64,000 nucleotides of DNA. Source: Kudoa neothunni. Lineage: Eukaryota > Animalia > Cnidaria. Location of the stretch: contig OZ199839.1 in the NCBI GenBank assembly GCA_964304625.1, positions 6,443,741-6,507,740 of the forward strand, read 5' to 3'. Positions within the stretch are counted from its first letter, which is position 1, and each line of letters opens with the position of its first letter. The notes under the pieces are model-generated. The model did no database searches and was not told the DNA's origin. It worked only from the letters and a program-made list of their open reading frames with translations. The translations under genes were made by a program, and so were the position numbers. Shown here in pieces: positions 25,845-45,672 of this stretch.

Positions 25845-27099
25845 AAATTTTAATCCCCAATGTCAGCTTCGCATGCGTGCCGGTAGATTTTTATTCAGAA
25901 ACTTTTACTTACTAACTGTATACAGATTTATTTTTTTAGAATTGGTATTTTTCATTGTTTATGACCCGCCGCTTCGCTTTTAAAGGCATAAATAATATAA
26001 TGTAGTCTAAATTAGTGACACTTAAATATTTTTTAAGGCGTAAATAATCACTTTCATTGAAAAAATTTTTCGTAAAATTATTCCTAATTAAGTAAAAATA
26101 TAGATATAGATAGACCCATTTATTCTAGTGTAATATTTGTGAATGAATTTATTTTTGTTTTAAACTCATCACTCACAACAAATCCACTTTTAGTATAAAA
26201 AATAATTGAAAGCTATCATTTACGAGGTCATAAATATCACAATAAATGCAGAACGAGTGATAAAAATTTTACTTCGACCAATTATTGTTTTATAAACTCA
26301 AAGATGAAATTTTTCAGAATTAATCTCAAAATCAATATAAAAATGTAACGCTAATTACAAAAAATGTCGCTTTTCAACCGAATGAGGTTATGCTATGTAC
26401 TCCGGTATAAAGAAAGGTTTTAACATTTATTTATTTTTTTTTGAATCACACTGACAAATCATTTTATTCTTTTAAATGAATTGATTGTAGACGAAATCCC
26501 CAACATGAATCGGATTAATAAACTGTGTGTACAAATGCATGGATTTATTGAAGTCATTGCATCAAATAACTACCTGTGATATCCAAAGTTCTACTTTCCA
26601 AACTCTATAAAAAAAATCAATCAAATATATGCCTTATTTAATTACACAAAACTAAATTATTTACATAAACGATCTAAGGAAAATGTATTTTTATTCCATA
26701 TTCCAATAGAACGTTAACATCATTCTCAATATTACAGTAAGTAACCAATTTCACGCACTTTTTAATAACCTATTTAGTTGGAATATTGATTGGTCATTGG
26801 TTAAATAATATTTTTCTTATAATATTTCAATCAAAATTTGTATAAAAATTATTTTAAAAAGCTGCCATATGACATAACCAAAAATCACGTGATCGACAAA
26901 TACCACCCACCCACCCACCACTTTTTGGAGTACTTCTTGTTTATTATTTAGTTGAGTCAATATTTAACGCCAAAAAATCCTATAACTATAATTATTGCCG
27001 AAAAGTACAATATTTCTAATTATTATGAAAATCTTCAATCTAATGACCCAAAAGCTGCCACTGTATCACTTTTTAAAATATCTATTATCTCGACTCCTA

Positions 27100-27500
27100 A
27101 TGGCATCCTAGAGACGAAAAATAAAATAATCAAAACCAATAAATGCTTTTAGAATCTAAAAATAGAAATTATTTGCATGCAGGGCAATTTAATTCTGTTG
27201 ATGAAGATGTATATGAGTGGAATAGGTGGACACGAAGCAGAAAGATTGTAGTAAGCGTCGTCACGATAATCATCAGGAGGAATCAATTAGCCAAAGAAAA
27301 GATTTACCTTCATATGCAATTGTGCAATTCGTGGAGGGTTTCGTTGTTTAAAAAAATCCCACATAAAAAATCAAATTTTATTAGCCAATCTGCTGATGCT
27401 ACACCTGAAACTACTTCAGAATACACAAATCAAATCAGAACATTTTTAAAAGATACTCTGGAAATTTTATTTACAGTGTAAACGAAACTGCCTTATTCTA
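27100..27500 (+). mobile_element. pogo/Tigger N-terminal CENP-B-type HTH remnant
   Basis: FNSVDEDVYEWNRWTRSRKIVVS...LAKE...SWRVSLFKK resembles the Tigger HTH pattern (+DEAL+.W....R.+.+P+S...A..LA....GW...FK). Confidence 0.6.
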
Positions 27501-29264
27501 CTGATAACAACAAGAAGAATACTTCATAGATCGTTAAAAATTTATATATAGTTAACTAGTCTTTATAAACACAATTTAATCATTATTAAATGCCAATTTT
27601 TTCTGAGATAAGTGCGTACGTAAGTGCGTGAAGTTGGACGTGACCGGTTTTACGCACTTTTTTCTTTGTCCCGAGGGGATTACGTGAAATTGTTTTCTTA
27701 CTGTATTATGAAAAGCTGTAGCACCATTTTATTACAATTTAAATGGGATTCCAACGATTTATAATTGACAAGTTAACTTCATATTTTATCATTTAAATAA
27801 AAAATTTTGAATGCCACGGCAATAAATAAAATGTTAAAAGATTATTACTTATTTCATTTTCTTTCTTTTATAATAAATTATTTGTAAATAAAAAAAAATT
27901 ATTTTATCAGAACCAAGTCAGCATAAAAAACTTCAAAAAATATTTTTATAAATACCAATTTTCTATAATCAATTCAAATTTGATCAAGAAATCTTATTTC
28001 ATTTATTAAATATATAATCTTTTTTAATTAATGTCCAAAAAATATTTATAAATAATTGATTCAAGCTATAATTGGTTTTAATACAACAAAGATTAAGAAA
28101 AATAATATCATTTAAATAACAAAAATAACGATCTTTAAAGACTCTAAATTGAAGAATGATAAATGCGTTATCTCTCCAAAAAACGTTGAACTAGATAAGT
28201 ATACGGATGATTTTTATCACGTAGTTGTAAATTAATTGGCTTATGCGTTAAAGCAGGTCTATTATTAGAAATAAGTCCCTAAAATTTGAGTCATGAAAAA
28301 AATCATAACAAAATGAGATTTTATAATTTATTATGTCAATTAATGTACTACATTTATTATTAAATTAATTTTTATAGTAATATTCAAACTTTTAATTTTC
28401 TACATTATGCTGGAAATTTTTGTCAATTCTTCTTCAACCACATAAAATTCAATCTTTATTGCATGTTAACGGAAGTTTAATTCACAATTAAGTTTAATAG
28501 ACATGTGTATTAAATTATTTACCTGCACCAATACGTATCGTTCAGATTTATTGTACATGCCTAAGTCCACATATATTATTTCATGTTTAAAATCACGAAA
28601 AAAGTAATTTAGCTATATTTTGAAATGAAATAATATTAATTTGACTAATAATGGATTATTTCTACTTAATAGGAATTTTAATAATCCATGGTATTTGTTA
28701 ATACTCACTTAATAATGTCTAAACCGGTTATAATGTAAATAAAACGAAGCATCCAAAATCTTTAACTTAATTAGAGAAAATACTTTTATTTTAGTTTTTA
28801 ACTTCTCTAATGGATATACACTACAACATCAAAAAATTGATACGCTAACAAACTTAAAATGTCATTGGGAACTCAAATCAATTCCAATCTGATTCGATTA
28901 ATCCAATACACAACATTACTACACATTAATAAAACACCACAGTCACCAGCTATATAAAACCTGGGACTTAATACGGTATAATCCGATTTTAATCGCCTCT
29001 CCGGTGAATTGAAACTATTTAATCATCATTTTAATATTTAAAAGTAAAAACAGCATTGTAAATTTTCCCTGAATATCTTTAGAATGATTGATTATTTAAT
29101 TTCAAAAAATTTGAAATTAATTAAGAATTAAAGTCTATCAAAAACGATTATTATTAAGGGTCAGATTTTATTAGGAGGGATTACGTTGGCGTACGATTGG
29201 CATCGAAAGATAATAGTTTTTTATAAAAATTGTTTCGGCCAACTCTTCATCAATCAGTAAACTG

Positions 29265-33941
<4,677 letters not shown>

Positions 33942-34231
33942 TAGCCCATCTTTCTATCTGTGTATGTTTCGAAAGGTCGTCAACCAATTCAACACTCACA
34001 TTGTAGTAATAGGTTCTGATTTGTAGTATCATTAAAGCCTGAATATTTTGTAATATTTTCGTTGGAATGCCTTTTTTTGTGACGAATAAATTAAACATAT
34101 ATGTTATATGTAGGAGCTAGATATTTTTAAAACAAATCCCTATTGCGCGACTTATTTCCATTGAGTCCAGTCCAGGGTTCACCGTAGTACGGCCTCTGAC
34201 GCATTCAATACGACCGCGGTGTCCCCCAACA

Positions 34232-35067
34232 CGGGGCGTCCAAACCTTGGGTTTTCTCCAAGATCATGAGATTTTTTGTTTATTTACAAAACTTTTAGAT
34301 TATTGAATTCTTTGAGACCATTTTAAAAATGATATGTTTTAGAATTAGGTAGAATAATCATATTTATTGCTTTTATAATAGAGAGAATTAAAATTATTCG
34401 AAATTTTAAAAAAGTATCATGGGCGTCGTCGGCAACTCGCTGTTTTCCGATTCTTGAATAATTATTATTTAATCAATTATTCTCATTATTCTGTGATTGC
34501 ATTTGGATATTTCAACTCCGCCTTAAAATTTTATAGCTTTGTTAATAGCATATTTTGAAGTTATTGACGTATATTATTTTAAAGTATGCGTGGAATTTCA
34601 AACGGAGCTCTAAAAAGCTTAGTATAATATGAGCTTCAATCAAGATTGATTAAAAGTAGATTTTAAATATTGGCCTGATCAAGATGCTAAGGACAACAAT
34701 TTCAGCTATTGCAAATGTTGAACGAATTTATTCATTAATGAACACAGTAAAAACTAAACAAACTAACTCATTAAAGGCTGAAATCGTAAAATGTAAACTT
34801 ATCTCAAAGCATTTGATCAGAAGTAATAATAATAATACATGGATGACGTCGCATCCAACAAATAAACTAATACATGATGTTCAAGCGGGGTTATTAGCCA
34901 ACGATAACTTGAGCGCTTGAAAAATAGATCAAGCTTCTTAACTGAGGGTTGTGATGATGATTAAGACGATTCAATTGCCGACAGTTATTAGTTTTGTTAT
35001 TTTAATAATACTATTGTATTTTCTTTGCGACCTTGGGGTTTTTCCGATAGTCTCATTGGACGCCCTG
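34232..35067 (+). mobile_element. Internally deleted hAT transposon
   Basis: TIRs CGGGGCGTCCAA...TTGGACGCCCTG with a perfect 8-bp TSD CCCCAACA on both sides. Encodes the hAT dimerisation motif ANVERIYSLMNTVKTKQTNSL. Confidence 0.9.
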
Positions 35068-35671
35068 CCCCAACATTCGAATGCACATGTGAAATTGTGT
35101 TGACTTTCTTGAAGACTATCAATACACTACTTTAGTAGATGAGTGAGTGTTAATTAAAAATCATCATTTAGTTACATTAACGTTTTTATTTTGCCTTAGT
35201 TGAAACAAAAGAGAAAACCGACATATTAATGTAACAAGGTTCTGAATGTAAAACGTACGAATTGATAAGATACATGTTTCAAGGTTTATTCATTTCCTAT
35301 GCTTCTAACAATTCAAAATTCTTAATTATTTAAACTTATAAATTAAATTGATTAGTTCTAGTTTTTAATCTGGCTGAGTTTGATTTGATTTAAAATCATG
35401 AAGCCATAACCACCGCCCATTAATTAATTTCTAACATCATGCACAATATTTTACAAAATGATTTACTTATATCCAATTGATGGTTGATAAAGAAATAATA
35501 AAAAAATTTAAAACTCGACAAATGAACAATGAGTACCTTATTAGCGTATACGTAACTTATTCCTATGATCAAATAAATAAACTATGAATTTTCTGCTTGA
35601 GAACATTGTAATTCTTAATTACAACCATAAACATAACCAACTTGGTGATTTTTCTTAATTATACAATAGAC

Positions 35672-36274
35672 CAGAGGTTCTCAGCGGCTTTTTCAAATTT
35701 GCCTCTCAACTTGGAAGCCAAATTCGTATGTACTTTAAGATTTTATGCTGGTTTAACTATGGCAAAGGCTATTTGAGATGTAAATTCTGATCCTAAATGG
35801 CACGTAAGATTGCGTAATGACAATTTTTTATCCAATCATTATTATTTAAAAGCTGTCTATAGATTTAATTCTTAGATTTGGCCAAATTGAATATTTTCTA
35901 TCTCAATCCTTCGCTTTTTGGGGTCAGTCATAATTAGAAATAATCAAAACTAGTGACACTGTAATATTATTTACCATGCAGATAGCCACTTTAAATATTA
36001 ATATCAGACTACATCACTAAAAAATAATCGAACCGTATAAGGAAGAGAACGATTATAGTTTTATAAATAGTTGTTAAATATTTATTCCTAAAAACGTTTT
36101 AAGCATTTCTACCGACTTCTTATTGAGTTTAATAGCCATGAATAATATAATTCCTTAGAAATCCTCATGTACGCCATAAGTCTTTTAATGCAAAAATTTC
36201 CCCATCAAATTTTGAAAGCACTTACTTAATTTACCCCATGTCATTCAAAAGCTAACCTCGGTTGAGAACCCCTT
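35672..36274. mobile_element. hAT/Charlie-type MITE
   Basis: TIRs CAGAGGTTCTCA...TGAGAACCCCTT with TSD CAATAGAC/CAGTAGAC. Confidence 0.75.
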
Positions 36275-39181
36275 CAGTAGACTGTAGACAATGGATAGTT
36301 CGTAATCCCATTGGAGCCCTCCCAACCGAAATGTACTAAATCCTGACACAAGAATCAGTTACTTATTTCATATTCAAATTCATTATTTTTTATATTTATA
36401 TTATTTTCACTTCATTTTTATAACTGATTTTCGAAAAAAAACTTTTTAATCCGACCCTCGAAGCTTATGAAAACAAAAATTTGTCCTGCCAATTAAAAAC
36501 TTGGATTATTCCTGTATTAGGTAATGCTTAATGTGAACTTATTCTTATTAGGTAATGTTTAAAGCGCGACTTATCCTCATTAAGTAATGGTGTTCTGGAG
36601 GACGACTTTTCATTTTAGAGACGCCACAGAAAGTCGCACTTTACTTTTGCCATTGGTTGGATTGATACCACTTTTTTCCAACGAATATTGAAAATTGTAG
36701 TTCTCTTCAATATTGATACTATGGTGTGGGCATGCTTAGGTTGTTAATTTTAATTCTGTTTGATTTTGACTAAATTTTGTCTAAATAAACCAAAAACATT
36801 TCTTATTATATTAAGAATTTAATAAATATTAATTGATTTTGAATAAAAAAGTGAATTTTTATAACAGATGTTACCAAAGACATAAATTTCATATTTTCAC
36901 TTTATATATTTAACTAAAAACAAATAGAGAATTTGTTTTAATATTATTTGGTTCAATACTATATTAACATGATTAAATTTTACATTTTATAAATATTTAT
37001 TGCATTTAGTGGTAAATTCTATTTTATACCGTGTGTTTAGATTAATTTGTCATCCTTTTCAATGTACAGCTAACTCTTGATACTGTTTATTTTTTCCTTG
37101 GTCCCAGAAAAGCTACTGAATAGCAAGAAATTACGTAATACCGAGACACGGACATGCGGGAACGTTAAAAATAATTTTGTTCAAAAATATTCGTTAAGTT
37201 TGTGGGGTTTTATCTTTTTTTGACTGTTTGGTGTAATCATGGGTTATGATGATCGTAATCAAACAAAACGTGTGTGCAATCAGCAGCAGAGCGGTATTGC
37301 ATTATCGCCACTAAATTATGGCTCGAGTGTTCCTACACTGTCGCGATTATTTATTGAATTAAAGTGTTTGATTATTTTGATTTTATCTTAAGTACGGGTC
37401 ATTTTCGATATTTTTATAAAGCAATTGGAAGATTAAAGAGATTGAAATGAGCAATTTGAGTTACGCAATAACAAAAACATCATTTTTCCAAATTTTATAC
37501 ATCCAATATAAAATTGAACCCTCAAAATAGGTTACTTACTTCAAATATTATTATTTATTTCCTTATCGAGATAAATTATCCGAAAATATGCTAAAAAATA
37601 ACGGATTACGCAGTATTTTGAGTTTACTGCAGTTGTTATGTTGGGTAGCTCTAATAGATAATTTTTAATTGATATAAAATGCATTATATACCGATAAAAT
37701 CATTTATTCAACGATTAAAAATTGACTACTTCATGAGAATCTTTATTTTTGTAAACTGAAGCTAAATTAGAAAATTAATCAACAGAAAAAGGATTCCAAT
37801 AAAAACAGACAAAATATCGATATTTAACAAAACAGACCTGTGAAAAAAATCAGGTCATATTAAATTAATAATGGAGTTTAATATTAGCCCGTATTTTTTA
37901 AACTGGTTCTTTTCGCTTAATATTAATTTTTTAACATAAATAATCTAATAAAATGATGAAAATAATGATTCACATGTGTAACATTGATCCATCGTACGTT
38001 TATACTTACACTGCATCAATATTGACTATCAAGCTATTTATGGGTTAAAATGAAGAATAGTGGCCGCATTATCCGATAAAAGATTATAATTAGTTCGGAC
38101 ATTAATCCTGAATTTTTTAAAACAAATTAATATGAATTTAGTTGAACAATTTGCATTAGGATTCTCTGCACTTCATCCAATAAAATTATTGTTGATATTA
38201 ACGTTACGTTTTTGATACAATTTAACACCTAATGCTTGTAGAAAATATGAAACCCTTACTCTTATAGACATAGAATTAATGGCAGATAATCGCCAAGGAG
38301 AAATCTGAACAATTCATCCAAATCATAGTTGTCAAACTCAAATTTTAGGATAGATAAAGCATACTTTATTCGATCGATTAAATGATATGGCTTGTTGTAA
38401 TAACTGCGAGGGGTTAACAGTTATTTCATTAATATACTACCGAGACTATTATTGATAACAAATACAGTGTCGAAAATGACCTAATTATAATACAACACTG
38501 ATAAATACTAAGACTAAAATAATTAAAAGGTTAGTTTTTGTCCGTTGTCGCTGATATGGATTACAACCATTATTCTACAATTTAACCATAAAATCCTAAC
38601 ATTTATGTTAATACTAGTTGGTTTATACCGTATTATATGTAAATTAATAAATATCGACACTTTATTTAAAAATCGTCTGTGACCAATTAAAGTCAAACCC
38701 TTTATATTATAATACTAATAAAATATTCAGATATCACAATAATAATATTTAGGTTGACGAGTTCTAAACTTGATTTAACATACATATTTATTTAATTATG
38801 ATGAAATTGATTTTATTTTAATCTTTAGAGTATAATGTTGTTTTTGTTAATTAGAATCATCTCATTTGTGTTTTTATCTCGTATGAGTAGATTTTGTAAA
38901 TATTTTGCAATAAACATGAGATAGACGCACATAAAATATTATAAATTTTTATATTATTTACATAACCTCAAACTTTTTCATGTATATATATATATATTAA
39001 ACATTATTAGACAATAAAATATCTCGGTATTGAAACCCAAAAATTCAATGATATTTGAATACTGAAAGTATTTATTTATTAATTATATAAATATTATTAA
39101 CATAATTTAAGGTTGCATACTCTTAATATATTGATGTTCAATAACTGATTCTAAATTTAGAAATATCACGCAACTTTAATG

Positions 39182-39703
39182 CAGGGGTTGGCAAGCTTTT
39201 CGAGTGATGGGCCGATCAGACACCCTAACTCTAATGAAGGCCGTACTAAAATTTGTCCACCAAAATGTTAAATTATTCTTAATTCGAATGTTTAATCTAA
39301 ATATATAAATAATAATTTATGAAATTACGTCAAACCAAAAGTAATATATGCAAATAATTTTGCGTCGTAATAAACTTGTGTCTAACTCAGGAATGAACGA
39401 TTTATTTGACTAGATCAACTAACATCAGATGTACCTGTATACCTTATAAAAAATATTCTGTATTTTTATTTAAATAATTTAACGTTATTTTAGCAGCCAC
39501 ATTTATTCCGGTTTTCTGATCTAATGATAATGAATTTTAGTCGGCTAAAATGTTCACATCGACAACCTATCAAAAATTAGAAAAACGATTTAGATTACAA
39601 CCTAAAAAGCATTTAGTTATTATAGGTATTATAGGTATTTTAGATAGTAAGAAAAATTTTGATGCTGGTCAATGCATAGCGGACCGTAGGTTTCCGACTC
39701 CTG
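39182..39703. mobile_element. hAT-type MITE
   Basis: TIRs CAGGGGTTGGCAAG...TTTCCGACTCCTG with TSD CTTTAATG/TTCTAATG. Confidence 0.7.
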
Positions 39704-40107
39704 TTCTAATGCGTCGAGAACGATACACCAAACACGAATGGAATAATTAAATAGGCTGATGCTTACAAATTTATTTGACTTGTAAACATTCTCTCAATCC
39801 AGAGTCAGTCCAAATCACGCCCAACCGACAGCAGCACAAAAAATCACACACACACATATAAATGATATAAAAAGATTTAAAACTAATATTCTTAACGTTT
39901 TACACAATCAAATATAACAGCAATGCCACCCACCAATAGAATTTTTCCGAGGAAGATTTCGCAAACAACCACTACCGTTATTTTTACTAACACTCACAAC
40001 CAAATGAACCACATTTCTATAAATACATAAAATAATATTGTCAGCACTACTCGTTTGAGTGCCACCAACCGGTGTAAGTAAATGGTTCATCATGTGTGTG
40101 TGGTGTG

Positions 40108-42224
40108 TTAGTTTTTTGTTTGATAATCGATACATTCGGAGGAGGTATGGACAGAAACTGAGCAACCTTCATGTGCCATTGAGTTGGCACTAGCCGAGGA
40201 TGTATCTTCATCATCATAATAAACAGCTTCATCATTATCCACCGCAGTTACATTTGATGTCGCATCAATTACCACTGACGGTCGAGTACTAGTGGTGGTA
40301 TCGGTGTTGAGAGTGGAATTTGAATTTGAATTCGAATTCGAATTGGAAGCAGTGTTTGTGTTGATATCGGAGAAAGTTGACTCACTGGGATTTTTACTTC
40401 GAAATCTTTTTCTAATATAACGCCGTCTTGATCTCGGTGAGTAATTGCTAGGTATGAAACTATTTAAAAACAACATATTAAGGAAATGGGGTGGCGGAGG
40501 GAACATTTGTGGTGGTGGCATCGTTGACACATTGCGGAATTGTCCAGGCAGAAATTGTACAGCAGTATACATTGAACGATTTGTTCTATTCACATTATCA
40601 ATATCTAAGCACAAAACAATGTGAAATCCAAAACACCACACACACGTGAATAACCATTTGGGTTTGGTTGAGTGAGCGGAGGAGGGGGAGGAGGAGGTGG
40701 CGGTGGTGGTGGCAATGGTAGAAAAGGTACAGGTGGATTCGAGTGAGAAAAACCATTGTGAGGGTATTTACAATAGGATGATGTGGTGTTGATATGGACA
40801 TCTATGTTGGCCACCATTCGTCTAAGAGTTTCCAACGCAACCATCCACGCATAATTTTCAATAAAATCGCACGACAACTGCACAATTCTATGCAAATGGA
40901 ATAGGAAATTCCTTTGTAATGTCCATGGATGATTGGAGAAATGGAAAAAAATATAAAAAGTGATTTTATCCGTGAATGTTTGTTTGGATGAGAGGTCCTT
41001 GAAAAATTTCACACACATTTTTATTTCAGTATCGATAGTAAAAAATTCGGTATCCGGTGTGAAATGTTTGACCAACAAATAGCAATATTTCAACAATCCA
41101 CCTCCATAGATCTGTTCCACATTGTCGGTCATTATGATTCGATGTTTGAGGTGATACAAAGCTTGCTCGTAGTTGTGATATTTACAGTAGAGTGGCAGTT
41201 GTGTATTGGTGGTGTTGATGGTTAGATTGAGAAATTCATTATTAAGTTGATCGTTGTTGGTGTCAGGCATTATTGCATTTGGAATGATAGTTGACAACCC
41301 GTTGGGCACATTGATCGTTCTCATCTCATCATTCCCATCACTTACACTACCCAAATCACCATTCGGTTTCACCAACGGCAGTATACCTATTTGGAATGAA
41401 TCCACAGAAAACTCATAATGACGACGAAGTTTGCTGACAAATTTTATGTCCAATATTTGATCGGACGAATTGCCGAATCCATACAACGACCATAATTCGT
41501 CTTGATTTTGAACCAGCAACAATTTGGAGAGATAATTTTCGCATATTTTACATTGAGAACTGTTACGCATGGAATAGATGTAACTGTTGGTGGTGGTGGT
41601 TTTAATTGTGGGAGTGTTTGATGAAACAATTGGTGGATTGTCCTCAGAGACAACTGCGGTTGGAGAACTTTCACCAGTCGCTCCATCAACCGACACCGTG
41701 TTGTTATCACCCTCATTCTTCGGGGGTGATTGAGTTGATGAATTTGGCGCCATTACTCCAATTTCGTTTTTGTTTGTATTCGACAAGTTGTTGTTGGACG
41801 TTAAAGTCGAATAGGAACCGTTGAGTGATGGTTTTATAAATTTTTCATATAAACATTTGTACACCACTGTACGAATAACTTCATATTGTTCCTTGGTTGC
41901 AGTGGTATAGATATTGATATCAAGATCGTTGAATCCAACCGGTTGGAAATCCTCAACAGCTACCACATAGGATGCTGCACCACCAATCAAACACACATCA
42001 TTAACAGGTATATTCTGGACGGCACATTCCATGATAAGAGCTTTTATTAGGTCGATCGGCCGTATATCCACCTTGAGTGATCCAAATTTGGATGAAAGTG
42101 GCCGAATTCCCTGTAGCAACGAATTGACAATTTTCACTTTAGTTGGTGACAACATTGAGGCGAAACCATCAGTGTTGTTCATTGGTGCAAATTTGTACGA
42201 CGATCTACGATGTTTGACATACAT
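40108..42224 (-). CDS. TENT5: Terminal nucleotidyltransferase 5 (FAM46) non-canonical poly(A) polymerase; one short intron near 40605-40645
   Basis: Contains DVCLIGGAASYV, FNDLDI, WSLYGFGN...LDIKFVSKLRRHYEFSVDSFQI, EQALYHLKHRII and IYGGGLLKYCYLLV. It splices into the 40108-40641 ORF, which encodes a low-complexity tail. Confidence 0.93.
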
Positions 42225-43452
42225 CCAGCCGAGTTGTACTAATCTTCAACCACTTTTACACGATGCTTTCTGTTGGGCTATTCATTAAGCTATTTTTATA
42301 ATTTGTTTAAATCGTCAACTATTTACTCGGCTCCTTTGAATGAATACCAATGATGATTCCAGCGAATAAAATAGGTTTTTATTTATAGCCCAATTAGCAT
42401 GGACTAATCCGTGAATATATTGTTTCAATTTAGTGGTTGGATTATTTATTTGGATCCTCGAGAGAGCATCTTGTGCATCCCCCAAAAAACCACATAACAA
42501 CTAGTATAAATTTAAACACTTTAAGTGTAGTTTAACCCCCCCAAAGACGTAATAAACAATATCCCCTGATGAATTTGGTCTCGGCGCAGCATCAAAATAA
42601 CATATTTATGATTGAATTAAAATTATTTCCAATCAGGTGGTTGAATTATGAAAATTTTCAAGGGCCAATACAGTGTGCACTCATCGTCAAATTTATTATT
42701 TAATCTTCATTATCACCTTCGTATTATTACGTGATCAATTCGAATTTTATCGCTAAAAATAATAAAATCTCTTTATTTTTAATTTAGTGAATCAAATTTA
42801 ATTTTATAAGATTATTATGATTGTATAATTATTTTGCTTACCGCTCGAGTATTAATGTTAATCAAATAGTTAGAGAGAGAGGATATGCGCCGAAATAATT
42901 AGGTCACGCTGTGTGCGCAACTTGAAAAGTCCTGATAGTTGAGGTTTCTGTTATAATTTTTAGATTAAATTTGTTTATTTAAAGAAATACTTAGTTTTTC
43001 TTTTTTTCTATTTTACATTTGGAGTCATTTTCTAGGGAATCATGATTGTTTTTTCTGTTTTTGTATATTACGCTATATATTTTACCTTCACAAATAAATA
43101 TCGTCATTATTACCTAATGTTTCTGCTGATGCAATATTATAGTACGCTTATTGGGCGATGTTAATTTGAGTTAGAGCACACAACCAACTACACATAATTT
43201 CTTATGAATTATTGCGTGTATTAGATTTTCATTTATAAAATATATTAGATTTTCATTTATAAAATATATTAGATTTATAATTTGATTTATATGTGGAATT
43301 GAGGTATTCGTTTTTTAACTATGAGATAATGATTTCTCATCATATTTACCACAGCGACTGTAAGCGAATCAAAAATAATTCTATGCACATTATAAAGATT
43401 AATTATCGTATCAAGTAATACTTTACTCAAAACTAACCGTTTAATACCCTCA

Positions 43453-43712
43453 TTAATCCTTTGAGGACAACCATAGGCTCCATGCGCCCATCTTTATATT
43501 ATTTGATCGTTATGTTGGTTACATTTTGAGTATTTTTCGCCAGAACCTTCACCAATTTTATTATATTAATCGACGATAAATTACAATATTTTTAGAAGTA
43601 GATCAAATTCCCCGCGAAAATACATAAAATATAACAAGTTGATTAACAAAATTAATTTAAAAATAATAGAAAGGTGGGCGCATGGAACCTATAGTTGTCC
43701 TCAAAACGTTAG
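43453..43712. mobile_element. piggyBac-type MITE, second (inverted) copy
   Basis: TTAA-TCCTTTGAGGACAACC...GTTGTCCTCAAAACG. The interior matches the reverse complement of 5439-5672. Confidence 0.75.
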
Positions 43713-44087
43713 TTAATATACATTCTGTTTGTAATTATTTTCAAAATCTAATAAATAACTAAGTATATTTATTTATTTATTTACTTACTTACTTACTTAT
43801 CTATCGAAGGATTAATACATAGATTTGATTGAATTAATTAATTAACAATTACAACAAAAATTTTATATGTAAAATATTCGAGTTATATTTAAATATTTGA
43901 ATGTACTGGCTGAGAAAATTATGATACATTATATTTATCAAATATAATTGAATAGTTTATTTCGAATAGGTGAAATGTCGGCAAAATTGAATATTCACCT
44001 CATAGTGTGTATAGTGAGTGTGTAGGTGTAGTGGCACAATGCAATACAACGGTAGGGTTCTCGATAATGGTCGTTGACGTTAGTCAC

Positions 44088-44123
44088 TCATTAGCATTAG
44101 CATTAACATTAACATTAGCATTC
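44088..44123. repeat. (CATTAR)n microsatellite
   Basis: CATTAG CATTAG CATTAA CATTAA CATTAG CATT. Confidence 0.8.
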
Positions 44124-45672
44124 AGGTTTCTCCACTTTTATTAATGATTTATTTTAAATGTCGTGGTTATTTATTATTTTCTTATACTATTAAAAATTCA
44201 ATATTCGTTCCGTATATTATTGAAAAATTAAATATCCAAAAGTGTACGTACATTAGATTATCCACAAAATGTCTTGTAAACAATTCATTACATTTTCACA
44301 AATATATAAATTTATATGATGACATCTAATTTCCTAAAATTATAGGAAACATAAGCTTACTAAAATACCTATATTTAATCTAATAAGTATATCAACAATA
44401 ATTAGTTTTGCATAACGTTTTCGATATATTAATGTTGGCGCGATATTCTAAATTTTAGAATAAAAACTTATAAGAAGTATGCAAATTAATATTAGTTACT
44501 TACATTATATAGTATATATATGATTTCGTCATCCATATATCATTGAATTTTCGAGTAAGCCGAAAAATAGTTCTCGGTAATGCGATATTTTTTCTATTAT
44601 CTAAATATATTTAATACTTAAGTAAAGTAAGTTTTTAGATATAGAAATAACATGAAAATATAGAAATTTAAAATATTTCAGATTCATCAATCTTACGTTT
44701 AGTGTAAAGTCTTTACAAAATCATTCGATTCGAGGTAAAACCACGATGAGGTGCTTTTAATTCGTATAAAAACTTGCTATTAAAAGATTAAAATTAAATT
44801 AATTTTATTGGGATTAAATAAATCAGTAGATGTATTAAATTAAAAAATTGATCGCAATTTTATAATCCGCGAAGAGAAATATTATCATTATTTTATATCT
44901 CGAGGTTTTTGACTTTAAGTGATCATAAACAGTTCCTAAATAAGAGTAAAGGTATCAAAAATCCATCAATTTTCAAATAATAACATAAAATTCAATTATT
45001 AGAACCATTATTATTTTTATAAAATTCAAGATTTTATTTATACATCAAAAAGTTTTCAATCTTGTTGCATTTTTCATGAATTGTGTAGTATACATCCAAG
45101 TTTTCTCGTTTAATTCTAATATTACATGTGTATTTGTAATTTTCTGTTAATAAAAATGTTAACTGGCCAATTGAAAGAATGATTTTCGTTCTTTCAATGA
45201 TTCTGCACCTTGTAACTAAAAACAATAATATGCAAATAATCTTCAATTATCTCAGTGAGGCATTTTGAAGATATTTTTAGGATTCCCATCCTAGACTTAA
45301 ATTCTACAGTAGTTTTGCCATTGTTGATTGATTTTAATTTTTGTTATTTTGAAAAATTTTAATATTTCTAATATAGACCAGCTTACGTTATGTTGATTTA
45401 TGCATTTTTTGTAAATTTATCACAACTAGTTGGATTCGTTATAATTTAAGATATCGCTTAGTGAAAATACGGCATTTTTAGTATATTTTACTATTCATAT
45501 AATTAAATAATGAAACTTCAAGTTCTCCAGCATTAATCACATCAATATTCTAATTTAAAATTACTATTTATACATAGAATTATACATGAAATAGCGCATA
45601 TCCGTAGTAAGTAGTTCCAATAATTTTTGGCGGCAAAACCCAAAAAATAAGTCCTTTGTGTTAAGGTTGACT

